From NCBI RefSeq assembly GCF_022539665.2, contig NC_081332.1, positions 496,001-560,000 on the forward strand: 64,000 nt of DNA, given 5' to 3'. Every line of letters begins with the position of its first letter. Within the stretch, counting starts at the first letter, position 1. The notes beneath the pieces are model-generated. The model saw nothing but the letters and a program-made list of their open reading frames with translations, did not search any database and was not told the origin of the DNA. The DNA comes from Daphnia carinata. Lineage: Eukaryota. Made by a program: the position numbers and the translations under genes. Below are positions 24,431 to 37,781 of the stretch, piece after piece.

Positions 24431-24959
24431 GTCATTCATACCAGAAATGGATCCCAACTGTCCGTGAATTATTAAGAGTCAGAACAGGTTTAATTAAGTC
24501 GTATTTTATAGAAACATTAAGGTAAGGGGATAGTTTACTACACAATACTACTAATCGAAGCAAAGCAACAGGAGACAATACTTTACTCGGAGCCAAGTTC
24601 TTGTCTGAGCTTTTTCAGTTTCTGGATTAACCATGGAACTTCACATATTGGCAAAATGGCGTGATGTGGGAAGCGCTATAGGCATAACGCGTGCACCCAA
24701 TCAGAAAACGCGTTCGACGTGCATGGCGTGATGTTGGTGACGTACCGCCAGCATGAGTCAGCTAGCCGACGTTTATCTAGGTCAGCCGTGCTGCGTGCAT
24801 TGTACTGCAACTACAATGTCGAGGCTTGAATATTTATAAAGATGTGAAGCAGAAAAAGGTAATGAAGATATATGTTTGGCTTCGTTACACTAATACAAAA
24901 AATTTTGTGGTCAGTACATGAAAGATTCCCTTACTTATTATCAGGAGATGAATTGCCGT

Positions 24960-25600
24960 CAATTTTAAGTACTCAGAGGCGTTGTACCCACAATGATGAC
25001 TATATTTGTCTTAGTTTAAGCATGAAAATACAAAGAGGTTTTGAATGAAGACATAAGAGAAAGCTATTGAATAAAAAGGGAACCGGAAAGTGAAACGGAT
25101 AATTGTAGTGTAAGCTTACCGCAATAGCACGAGCAGAATATGAGAATAGATGCAAGATGACGACGTAGTGTAACACAACTCGTCGGCACGTCGATAAAAC
25201 ACGATACAAGAATTGAACACTCACTTAACACGAAGACAAAGATCAATTCTCAAACACAATATTACAATTTGAGAAAGCACAAGCTGAATGGGAACCTGAC
25301 CGTAAGAATCAGATACATGTCGGTAACTGACTTTCTTCTGGTCTTGAGTTCATCAAGAAACCTCGCATATTGGGCAATGATTAATTGCTGCGCAATTACT
25401 TGTCACCAATACATGAAATTTGATATGGCGTGATGATGGTGCAATGATGAGAAATGCTTGATCCCGCCAATCAAAGATGTTGTTACAAGTGGCTTTATGC
25501 CGATGAAATATGATATGACAGCGAGCAAGTGTTCATCTGGGTTACTCTGCTGCGTATATGTTATGGTGCAATATTATAATGACGCAGCTGTATAGTTGCG
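24960..25600 (-). repeat. Family A leader/LTR-region copy
   Basis: Aligns to 17850-18322 plus 18688-18713 (gaatcagatac..actgactttctt..caagaaac..ggcgtgatgatggt) and to 2580-2700. Confidence 0.7.
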
Positions 25601-27921
25601 CAATTCATATGGTTTAAATGTGTACAAAATAATCATACAGAGACAAGAAATGTAAGGTAAAATGTTTATTGACTTCGTTACAGTACTAAGTATTCAAATA
25701 ACGTAACAAGAAAATGAAGTGATAACAGATAGCCTGATAGGAAAAGAAAACCAGAGAATTGCCCCCCCCCCCCGAAATGCCCCTAAACGATCCAGAATTC
25801 CCAGATGAAGGGAATAAAGTTCGGCAATCTGGTTTTATCAACATTATGAGAACCTCAGAACATCGGAAATTTCTCTTAAGGTATTACAGTATTTGCTCTG
25901 AAGTAAAAAAAATGAAGAATTAACAAATAAGCATACCGCTTTAAGGGCACTACTCTTAACTGACACCACAGTTTTAATACGTTTGAACATTTTAAGCATT
26001 ATGGTCTAAAGACAGGCTATAAAAGCACCGATTGGTAATATGAATAAATGCATGAGATGGAAGAACAAAGTAGTTTAGAACCATAATTAAAGCCCGCTTT
26101 GTCAGTAATACTTGAAACAGTAGATGAAATTCACAATAACAGACCACCCAATGAAGTTGGAATAAAAGTTATCGCGCAAATTAAACATACTTCTGTAGAC
26201 AATACGAAAACGACCCTAGTACAACGACGACACTTGTCCAGTGACTACGCATTCACAGGCAAGTATGAATGCTTAGGTTTGAAAATCTCAGTTAACGTTC
26301 ACTCCATGCAACTATTTATCTAATGAAAAACTAAGAAGTTAGTAGGTCTTCTTTACCCAGACGGCGATCGTTGACCAGCCAAAAGAAGCCATGCAGAAAA
26401 ACATTTATGAAAGAGGTTTTTTACGGTTATCAGGATGCTTTTAAAGCAGCAGATTGTATTGTGTAACAGTTTCTAACGATCGCTAAACGTTGCATCAATC
26501 CTTCTTCGCGATCGATACAGAATGAGTCTGGTTTGGCAATTAGCTCAAGTCTTTATACTGTTAAGAGCTTTTTAGTTCGGCTTATATTTTTCTGACTATA
26601 CATACCACGACACAACGAAACGCAACGATGCTCGCCATAATGCCACAAAACAATTGTCGTCATAATTCAGTGACATAAAGGTACTCGCCACAATCTTACA
26701 AGGTAAATAAAGAATAGAACATACGAAAAAAGGATTTCCTTTCCGCTTATCTCCCACCTAATAACACTATATCAAACGTTAAGTGAACAACCTAGAATCA
26801 TCTAAAAACAGCTCATTGAATCTCCCCTTTTCTCGACTAGGTTGTTATAGATTTCTTTAGAAACCCGGGAAAGTTGACGATCGACGAGATAACGAAATGG
26901 TAAACGTTCACAGCTTGTTGGAATATCTTGTTTCTGCTCCTTTACATCCACAGCTGCTTGCGTTGACTGAACAAAGTATAAACACCTTAGACATATCCAA
27001 CAAAACGAAGTATTGGTAATGCAACTCATAAGTAATTAGTAACTGCCACAATTCCTAAGACGAATCTCTTGGTAATATTTCCACCCAAAATATCACAGTA
27101 TAAAAACCACACAAAAAATTGTTATCTAGTACTCGTCATCAAAATAAAAAGTTGTTAACAAAGCCAAACAACGAAGATTAAATACCTTCGTTTACATAGA
27201 ACATAATCGTTCTGGTCGTTTTAATGACTGGCTTGCATTCTAGAATCATGGCCTCGCGAAAGATAAAGCAACAGCTTGTTCCAAAGAACAAATCATGATG
27301 GATCGATTCGGATCGTGAAAGCAAGACTTATATACAAAGAATTTGAACCCACACGGCACATCTCCTTCCTGGGAACCTCCTAAAAGGCTCTTAGCCTCCC
27401 CAGCGCATCAATCATACCGTTGAGAAGTACTGAGGAGGGCCACAAGAGGCTGAAAAATCGTGGAGAAACATGCCAATATTTTCAATTCAAGAAATTGTTG
27501 GTGATATGCTCAGGAGTGCTTTAGGAGATCACTCCATGAAAGTAAGACTCATGAGTTTTAAAGTATCACAAAAACATTTGGCTCAAGTAGAATTGTTAGA
27601 TAATGTAAATTTTCAGCCATTTCAAATTAGAATTAAAAATTACAAATTTAGAATTAGGTAACGATAGTAGTATGAAATAGTAAAAAAATTATGCAATTGG
27701 AAAAGTTTGTCATGACCACTATAAATTGCAATATAAGTAATAAATATTTCTGATTTTGCTCTAATAGTATTTTGTTAAATGAACTCTATTAAATACAATA
27801 TAGTTCATGTTCTCCTGTAATTTTAATAAAATAGCATAAGAAAAAAAGGTTTTGTGAACCATTTAAGTAATGAGTAAACACCGCCGACGCCGACGCTTTT
27901 ACGCAATATATTGCCTACCGG

Positions 27922-28256
27922 CAGCCATTCCACTTCTAGGGATATTACCCTATTTAGGGGGATTTAAGGAAAATTTTTGGAATCTAGGGTTTCAAGGATT
28001 GTCCAGGGCCTATTTAATTTTCTGGGGATTTCTGGGGATTTTGAGATTTTTGACCCAACCGCTGTTGCCTTTGGCGCCTCTATGCAACTTCAAAAGTAAA
28101 ATGTTCCTCAATAAGAGCCACCAAGCTGGCAACGTTGAACGGTGCGCTTTTCAGAAAGTAACAGGGATTTTTCTAGGGATTTTATTTTTTTTAAATCTTC
28201 CCTAGAACGTCTGGCAACGTTCTAGGGATACCACTTTGCAGAAAGTGGAAACACTG
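27922..28256. mobile_element. hAT-type MITE (335 bp)
   Basis: Perfect 8-bp TSD CCTACCGG (27914-27921 / 28257-28264); TIR cagccattccactt / aagtggaaacactg; internal ctagggatt repeats. Confidence 0.85.
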
Positions 28257-30477
28257 CCTACCGGATTGCCTCTAATTAGATATAGGACTAATGCCTTGGA
28301 TAAATAGAACTGACCTAGAATATTTTAAAAGCCAGTCCTATTTCACCGCCAATTCCAATAAAAAATAAAGTTTTTTAAATTGAATATACAATTTCCAATA
28401 TTCTGTTGTCGTTCATTATTCACTTTATGTTTTAGTTACATTCAATTCCTATAAAACTTATGTAAAGCCGCTGGGTATATCGATATATCAGACATATGGG
28501 ACTGAAGAGCCTGTCAGGCAGCTACCAGGCGACCAAAAAGAAGATTCTAAGAGGAATTTAGGATGGTTATGGAGAAGACTGAGGACGAAAGTAGGCAGTT
28601 CTGCAGAGGCACTGAGGAGCCCGTCGTGCCGTGTGGGAATCTTTTGAGAAAGTTATAGGAAAGGCTGAGATTACGGATATGGCACTAGAAAAGCGCAACT
28701 TATGTCCATTTTAAATGCTTTTCAGATGAAATACATTGAAACAACTAGGGATTTTAATAAGGTAAAGGAGGCTTTAGACCGCATTAGCATAAAAATGGTT
28801 TAGAACACTCATCGAAAACAGTAGAAGAAAACATGGAATGATGAGGTCAACCGGAATAAACGAGGATTTTCCAAGTGCTCAGTGTCATACCCTCCAGTTT
28901 ATAAATCAAGCAATTTATATTTTTGTGATTTTCACAACGATAGGGCTTTCAAAAAATAAGTATTTAAAACAAGAGAGTCAAAGCAATCATAAATGCCTTT
29001 GTTGTAAAACAAATTTGACATCGAGCGAGTTTTTAACTCTACATAACAATTTTAAGACCTACTTCCCCTGACCGTAAAGATGGGAATGGAAAAAAGAAAA
29101 AGTCCCGACAACATAATAACAGTTTATCATTGAAATCAGGATTCTTAGATAAGAATCAATATGCAAGCGAATACAACACAATAAGAATACAATAAGAATA
29201 CAATAAGAAGCGATATGCAAGGCATAATCGCTGTTAAGTTTTTTGTGCAGAAAAAAAAACGCTACGTCAAGCGCCTAGGCAAAAATCCATTATTGTAAGT
29301 GATTTTTTTGAAGATTGCGTCAAAGGGCATGATGCATTTGGGAGACATCAGTTTATCTATAATGGAAGATAACGATCCATCTTTAAGTTCCCGTATATTG
29401 ATAATCTCCAGGAAACAGCCAGTCTACTAGGGACTAGAGGAGAGGATGCTCACCTCTTTTACCCCTAAAATAGTTAGGGGAGGTAGGGCGCAATTGGAAC
29501 GCTAGGCACTTGAAACAAAAATTATACCACTCAAAGTATGACAGCGATTTTGTTCAAAAAATTTGAGATACAGGAATTAACGTTGCTTATTTTTAGAAAA
29601 ATTTGAGGCTTTAGACTCTAAAAGTTAACTGGCTATTATTCTATATATTTTTTAATTTAGTTGGACGATTTTTGTAATCGTAGGGAACAAAATAAGTTTT
29701 TTGTTCCAACCCCGCCCTACTTCCTCCATCCACTGACTTCAATAGTCCAACCGATGTGTCGGTTTTACCAAATATTTATCAGATATGGATTGAAGAGAAC
29801 CCAGAGAAATTAGTATATTAGTAAGAGATAATTATCACAGCTTCGCTTTTAAAACAAGTGAATTAGACCATACTAGTTTAGTGACACGTGTAATTAAAAC
29901 AAAAGGGAACGTCCAACACATCACCGGGTAATGGCACTTCCATAAAACAAAAACAAACAGCCCAAAAGAACCAATGGTGAATAGAATGATTCGTTTTTTA
30001 ATTTCTCCGTCAGCAACCGTTGTTGTATCAATAAGTAGGAAAACTGAAAAGGTCCGATTGTACAGTAGATAGATTATAAAAAATTTAAAGGTATTACAAA
30101 AAAAGATTCGTTTGTCGTCGTCATCAAATGGAATGGTTTGGCGTTTGGTTTAGCAAACGCCCCTAACACGTTTCGGAGACTTATAATTTCAGTTTTACGA
30201 TGTGTTTTTGGAAAAATTTATCTCGTTTACCTTAATGGCATAATAGTTATTTCGATAACGCTCGGTGAACATATTTATAATTTTACAATGGTTTTAGAAA
30301 ATGCGCATCTGAAAATAGAACTGTTCAAATTAAATTTTTAACAAAGTCTGTTTCGTACCTTATTAACTTATTCACAGTTGAAGCATTATAGCCAGATACC
30401 GCTAAAATCAAAGCTCTAGTGTATTTAAAAAACATCTAATTCAGTTAATGAATTGAGATCTTTGTTGGGACTACCCT

Positions 30478-30752
30478 TGTAACTAATCAAGGAGACTAGG
30501 ACCAGTTCGGGTCCCTATCGATACTCGTAAATTAATTTATTTGCCTGCTAGTAAACTTTAAATAACTTTGTATTTTTTACTTTGAGGAGACTGATGCAGT
30601 AATGATGCGATACGGGTAGACTGTCTGCTAAGTAGACAAGTAATAGACTCGTCTAGACATCAGGTGCGTATTATTCCACCACTCCTCGTCTGGATCAGGA
30701 ATAGAGAGGTGGGAAGCCGCTTCTTACTATTCAGTACGCCGCATCCGTCACA
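30478..30752 (-). repeat. 3' LTR of BEL element
   Basis: TGT...GTCACA; aligns with 41229-41500 with several substitutions and indels. Confidence 0.9.
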
Positions 30753-31209
30753 TAGCCGGCCCTGTTTCGGACAAAACACCTTCGTCGGATTCGATTTCCA
30801 GCAGACACAATTTAGTAGTAGGGCGTTCTAGTTTACCGGCTTTCGTACGCACTCGAGCGGAGCGGACAATCCCGTCGCTGCCACGGAAGACTTTGATTAC
30901 TCGACCGGTTGCCAGTCTCCACGTCGTAAATTGTGGTCTACAATTAACACCAAGTCCCCAATCGCTAGGTTTCGCCGATCATGGAGCCACTTGTATCGCT
31001 TAATTAGTTCAGGAATTTACTCGAGAAGCCATCTCTGCAAAAAATGACTCGCGATGGCCTGAGTATGACGCCAGGTCTTTGCGGATGGAGCGGTATGGTT
31101 AGATGGATTATCCGGTACAAGATTTCCGTTGGCTCGGCCGAGAAGAAAAGTGTTTGGGGTAAGCGGTTCCGGTTCACGAGGGTCTACAGCAACGTGGGTA
31201 AGACGCTTC

Positions 31210-34200
31210 CGCTCTTAAGTCGACGAGATTTTTCACTATTTCGCCGTTTTGGCATCGAACTAATTAAGATGCACCAGATAAATTCAGATACAGGGAGGGA
31301 GCGGTGCGGTAGGCACGTTGAAATACTGGTTCGATGGTCACGCTACCACCAATTGGTTTCGGGTCTCGCCGCTGCCACCAAATGCTCTCGTACCGAAAGA
31401 AACAACCATTAACTATGACGGAAAACTGGATCGAAGCCCACTGTATTTCTTAACTCAAAGTTCAAAGTTATACTCGTGATTACACTCGCGATTCCGCTCG
31501 CAATTACACTCTCAATCTCAAACGCACACTCAGACACACTACGGTCACTCGTCCCTCTCTGGTCAGCTCTCTAGCCGTAGGGAAGAACGGGGACGAACCT
31601 TGAAGAGGGGTGAGAGAGGGGAAAAGGTAACAGGGTTGCCAGTGCTTGAGTCTACAACATTCGGCCCTTCCTGACAAACTAAAGTTCCCGGCTTTAAAGA
31701 AGAAGACGTATACATTAAGAATGACTTGATTAACTTAACACGAAATACACACGGCATTTGAGGTCAAACACTGAGCCTGGCTACCATACGGAGAACGAAA
31801 ACGAACCGTTGGTACTGAGGATCGCAAGGAGGATAGTACGCGAAAGAGGGAAGAGAGAAAAAAAAAGGACAAAAACAAAACAAAGTGAAACGCACTGCAT
31901 GAATTAATGTTTGACCACAGGGTAGGGATATATAGGGGATTTCGACGTTCTTCCGGATCGAGTAACAACTGCCGGCATCTCTTCCGCAAGATTCATGGTA
32001 ACATAAACGGGCTCCAAAGTTCTTCGGTTGTCCAACAGCTCCTGGGGGCTGGTCTCTAATGAATTCAAAATTTCGTGATTGCTCTGGGAAGCTAAGTCCT
32101 CGTTGTTGATGGCTCGTTGGACAGCCGGTTCCTCGGGTTCTACCTCCGATTCCCACTGACTCTCCTCATCATTGAACGTAGCCAATTCATTTTCATTGAA
32201 GGCTTCGGGGGTCCACTCCGTTTCTACTCGTCCCCGGTACCGTCTCAGCGGAGACGAATGAGCGTTGAACTTTCGCCAAATTCTTTTTCGTCGGTTTGCT
32301 GGTAAGTCTTCTAACAAATAGCACGTTCGAGACACCCGCTTGATCACTTGATAGGGCCCGATAAATTTAGGTAAAAACTTCTTCGTTCTTCCGTTTCCGC
32401 GCCGCTTTCTTGCTACCAAGACTAGCTCGCCGGGGCTGAAAACTGGATCTGGGTTGCGATATTTATCGTAAGCGGTCTTACTCTTCTTTTGTCGACGAAT
32501 GGTCAGCTGACGCGCTATCTTCCTCCAGTGAGCCACCTTCTTTACCCGATCTTCATGCGTCTCCATCTCGACTGGTGGCCAGGGAAAAGCGGATTCGTGG
32601 GGTAGTACCGCAGTACGACCAGAAACTAGTTCAAATGGTGGGATCTTCGTTGTCGAATGTTTTGCCGTATTAATGGCGAATACAGCTTCCGGTAATCGTA
32701 GGTCCCAGTCCACATGGTCGAAATTAACAAATGCCGCGATAGTCAATGTCAGGGTGCAATTGACTTTTTCCACCAGCCCGTTCGTTTCTGGGTGCTCAGC
32801 CGATGCCATAGTATACTTGACTCTCCATTCCTTTAGAAAATCAGCAAAAAGTGAAGATGTAAAGGCCGTAGGCCCTACCTTGGTCGCTGATTAATCTCTG
32901 CCCAGTGTGCGTTCCGTGCTGCAAGAAGACGTCATTCTGGAAGAAATGACAGGCTGACTCTGCACCTGTATCTTTCACCGCCCTAGCCATTACCCATCTA
33001 GTCAGGTAGTCGATGCACACTATAATGTGCTGGGCTCCAGTAGCGGTGGCTTTGAACGGCCCGAGATGGTCGATGCCCAGTAGTTGGAACGGAAGTTTTG
33101 GGGGTCGTATTGAACACAATTATCCGGCTGGAAATTCAACTCTTGACTTGAAGATCTGGCAAAACACACAAGATCCCACATAGGCGTCGAGACTTTCCTT
33201 CATTCCCTTCCACCAGTAACGTCGAGCCAAACGAGAGAGGGTTTTGGTTTTGCCATGATGGCCGCCATTCGGTGCGTCGTGACATTCGTTCATTATATCC
33301 TTCCGCAGAATTGAAGGTACTACCAGGAGATTGGGGCGACCAACGCTTTCACCTTTTCGATACAATATACCGAGGTGGAGGACAAACTGGTCATGACTGT
33401 TCCTCTCCTCACATCCTTGAGTGTTGAACCCTTGTAGGTCTAAGAAGATGGATTTTATATCGTTGTCAGCATGCTGCAATAAGGCGATCTGACGCCTTGA
33501 ATAGCCAGCTGGTTGCAACGCACCCAGTACATGGTCGACCGTTTCTTCCATTACTCCCGCAGAAGATCTAGATAGTGCGTCGGCCACCACATTTGCCGTT
33601 CACTGAAATGTTGGACGTCCAGTGAGTACTCCTGTAGTGTCAGCAACCACCTCGCCAGTTTCCCGTTGATATATTTCTTCTTATACAGCCACCGTAGTAC
33701 GTTGCTGTCGGTCTTGACTAACAATCGCCTTCCATATACGTAATGTCTTAGCTTGTTGAGAGCCCACACCAATGCGAGACATTCCAGCTCATTCGAATGG
33801 TAATTTTCTTCTGCTGGAGATAGACGCCTACTAATGAAGGTAATTGGCCGGTCACCCTCGTCTTTTTTTAGTACCAAAACCGCTCCAATTCCTCTACTGC
33901 TGGCATCAGTCAACAACTCGAGGTCCGACGCTCCATCGTCGTAAATCAGGACTGGGGCAGTTGTAAGTTTTTCCTTTAGTTGAAACATAGCCTCATCGTG
34001 TTCCGAGGTCCAATCTTTTGCTACGTTTGAATCCTTTTTTAGTAGTCGGTTGAGTGGCCTAGCTATTCCCGCAAAACCACGAATAATCGCCTATAGTATG
34101 AGGCTAGACCCAGAAACGACCTCAGCTGCGTAGTGCTTTGTGGTCACGGAAAATTTTCCACAGCGTCTATCTTTGCGGAATCGGGACTTATTCCATCAAA

Positions 34201-37200
34201 GCTGACGCGACGGCCTAAATATGAGACACTTGCCGCTCCAAAAATACATTTCTGTACGTTGAGGGTGAGACCGGCGTTCCCTATGGCATCCAGTACGAGA
34301 TCTAACCGTTGATTGTGTTGCGTGAAATCGCTTCCAAACACCAGGATATCATCCATGTAGACTAAGCATTCGGTCCACTTCCGTCCTTCCAAAACTTTGT
34401 CCATGAGGCGTTGGAAGGTGGGAGGAGCCCCGCAGAGACCAAAAGGAAGTTGAGTGAATTGGAAAAGGCCATCCGGAGTGACGAAGGCGGTTTTTTCTTG
34501 TTGTTCTTTTGCCACGGGTAGCTGCCAGAATCCACTTTCGAGGTCAAGGCTGCTAAAATACCTCGCCCTTGTAAGCCGATCAAGTACATCCTCTATCCTC
34601 GGAAGAGGATAAACGTCTTTTTGTGTAACGACGTTGAGTCGCCGGTAGTCAACGCAAAATAGGTGGTCGCCATTTTTTTTCGAACCAGTACGACTGGGAA
34701 GCTCCATGGGCCATTTGCTGGGAACACAACTTTTTCGTTCAACATTTCCCCTACCTTCTGCCGGATGACTCTTCTCTCCGCTTCGGAAACGCGGTAGGGA
34801 GCTGAATGAACAGGTCAAGCGTCCCCCGTCTCAATCCGATGTTCGGCCAGATGCGTTTTTCCTTTTTTTGTAGCGAAGCAGCGTGAATGTCCTGCCAGCA
34901 GTTGCCCTAACTCTTGCACTTGTTCCGCGGTGAGATTTTCGTCGAACTTCGGTTCGAGAGCCTTCATTTGTTTGTCAGCGTCAATAAACGGTCTAGTCAA
35001 GCAGACGGGGTGACAGGTAGAATAATCAGCATAGAATGGTATAACTTGATAATCAGAAACGGGTACCGCAGACCACTTAGCCTTCGACCTGGTCCACCTA
35101 AATGGCGCACTACCCATGTTCAATACCGGTATCTGAACAATACTGGCTTTGCTTTCCAGTAGACATGAAGGAGAGATCCATTCTCTACCTCTGCGAGAGT
35201 AATCTGTGGTTGACAGCATTTATAAGCCATCAACTTTCGCTGGAACTCTAGCCTCGATAAACCTAGCAGTGGCTCCTGGAATCATTCTAGTTTTCGTTGG
35301 GTGGATCTGCAGTTTACCAGTTTGTTCTGACCTGCGGTGAGGGCTTTCTGAGGCCACAGATCCCAACAACCGTAGCTCTTGAGCGGCTTCTTCGAAATAT
35401 CGTGCGCTGTCCAGCGTTGATCCGGCTTCGTTGCTCACTTCATCGAGTGACTCAGGCGCGCGTCCACTAGAGCGTTCGGCCTGCTGGTGTGAAGTCCCCA
35501 TTTTGGCTATACCCATCCGCTCTTTTTCGATCGTTTCGCAGATCCAGGTTCCATTAGAAAAGGTAAGACTTATTCCGCTCGCAGCTATCCAGTCTGCGCC
35601 TAGCACTAGGGGGTATAACGTGTTTTCCATTACCACTACTCGGTCTAAATCCACTACTCCGTTAGCCCCGCGAACCGTAAGGGATATTTCTCCATATGCC
35701 AACAATTTCTGACCATTAACGGTGCACCAGGAAGAATTGGATGGTCTTACGGCAAAAGCACTTCGGTTGCGAATGAGCTCTTCTCTAATTATGCTGTTTC
35801 GTGCCCCTGAATCTATCATGGCCCTTTGCTTGCCGATCCTAAACACGTCCACCTCGATGAAAGGGCTGTCGATCGAAGAGAACGAACTAGTGGCTTGGAT
35901 GACGTTCATGGCCGGCCCTGCCCCGACGAGACGGCGTTGGAGTTTTCCGGGCGAGTTGGACAATTCCGGGCAATGTGCCCGTATCTTTGGCAGGCATAGC
36001 ATCGAATTTCACCACTGGAGCCCGGCTGTCGACGATCGAACGTTACGTGTCGTTGAGGAGTAGGATAACGGATGGGTTGTCTCATTGCGGTAAGCTGAAG
36101 AGACAATTCGCCAACCGTTGTGGTAGGCCTTCAACAACCCGAAGCACTTCTTGTCCGGTTAAGGCACTAGACATCGCTGGAGGGTCAATGGCGACGGCGA
36201 CGATGTTGCTGAGGTCTTCTAAGCGACGCAGTTCGTTAAGGAAATCAGCCACAAGGTTAGGCGGGTTTACCACCATCACCGCCCGATGATTAGGTTCTAT
36301 AAGACCGCGAATAAGGTAAGGGATCATTTGTGGCTCGGTAAGACGCGTGGGGCTACGGTGGCAGATTTTTAGTTTGTCCATCACGTAGTTTACGCCCGAT
36401 TCCGATGGCAATTGGGTGCGGTTTTCTCCCAAAACTTCCATTGCGTTTCGGTCAGCCGAACCTCAAAAACCTCCCTTAGGGCTTGAAGCCAGACCGTCCA
36501 ATTGGCTAGTGGCGTCCCAATTTCTTCATTCCAAGTCTGGGTGGCACCGTACAGTGAACTTACGGCAGCCCTTCGTTTCTCATTATCACCCCAGTTCTCT
36601 TCGAGTGTCTTTCGATTGATCTGCTGCAACCACTCCGTGAGCGACTCAGTTTTGTCCCCCGAGTAGCGCACATCATTCCCCATGGACACAACAATTGGGG
36701 CTGGTATAGGTAAAACGGGTGGACCCACAGGTTTTAGGTTGAGCTGGAACCTGAGCGGCCATAACCCGACCCGTCAAGGCAGCCAGAGTATCTGCCAATC
36801 GCTGCTGGTTAACCGCCAAAGCCCCTAGGGCTGCGTTTAATGCGTCGTTGTCCATGACGGCGGCTCTCGCTTCTTGGAACTCGAGACACGATTTGTGCAA
36901 ACCTCTTCCAAACAATTACAATATCTGGTACAGCAATGGCCTGCCTTAGCACAGACACAGTTTATACAAACTCCAATAGAACACCTACACCTCTGATTCA
37001 TCAACGGACCTTTGTCCTAAGGGAGAAGAGAAAAAAAAAGGAAGGTAGGAAAAAGGTTAGGGTGGAATGACGGACTCCCGAATCGAGAGACCAGTACGGG
37101 TGTGGACGTGGTAGGGTATATTTTGGGTCACTCAAAAGGACATTTACTCTGGTATGCTCTTAGACTCTCGTCCATGCACCTTCAAGACAAACTCTTCTTC

Positions 37201-37781
37201 ATGGACGACTTCGATGACGCAGCTAGGGTTGTCAGCAACACGCGTACTTACGGGTTCTTTTTCAATAATGCACTCGCTCGCGGCTTTCTGCCCCTCACCG
37301 GCTAGAATCCTAAACTCAATGGCTCGTTGTTCGCTCTTAAGTCGACGAGATTTTTCACTATTTCGCCGTTTTGGCATCGAACTAATTAAGATGCACCAGA
37401 TAAATTCAGATACAGGGAGGGAGCGGTGCGGTAGGCACGTTGAAATACTGGTTCGATGGTCACGCTACCACCAATTGGTTTCGGGTCTCGCCGCTGCCAC
37501 CAAATGCTCTCGTACCGAAAGAAACAACCATTAACTATGACGGAAAACTGGATCGAAGCCCACTGTATTTCTTAACTCAAAGTTCAAAGTTATACTCGCG
37601 ATTACACTCGCGATTCCGCTCGCAATTACACTCTCAATCTCAAACGCACACTCAGACACACTACGGTCACTCGTCCCTCTCTGGTCAGCTCTCTAGCCGT
37701 AGGGAAGAACGGGGACGAACCTTGAAGAGGGGTGAGAGAGGGGAAAATGTAACAGGGTTCCCAGTGCTTGAGTCTACAACA
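31210..37781 (-). mobile_element. Ty3/gypsy family E, near complete, no env, nested in the BEL integrase
   Basis: 450-bp direct repeats 31210-31659 and 37332-37781 (3 mismatches seen); PPT TCAGGAAGGGCCGAA; gag CYACQRYGHIARNC; PR IDSGA; RT YMDD; RH; IN HHCC and GPY. Confidence 0.95.
31904..36856 (-). pseudogene. pol: gag-pol of element E, broken by several stops and frameshifts
   Basis: Consecutive ORFs from 36673-36915 down to 31904-32809 carry gag, PR, RT (LVYMDDILVFG), RH (TDASSRGIGAVL) and IN (HPETNGLVE; PKFIGPY). Confidence 0.92.

Noticed and set aside
25747..25836. Short inverted repeat aaaaccaga..ttgcc / ggcaatctggtttt
   Set aside because: Too short and imperfect, no TSD; at most a MITE remnant.
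25900..29800. Possible very old plus-strand TE coding remnants
   Set aside because: No motif could be read with confidence without a profile search.
31044..31412. Plus-strand ORF sharing a C-terminus with 37154-37534
   Set aside because: Antisense read-through of the duplicated LTR with different N-termini; not a gene.
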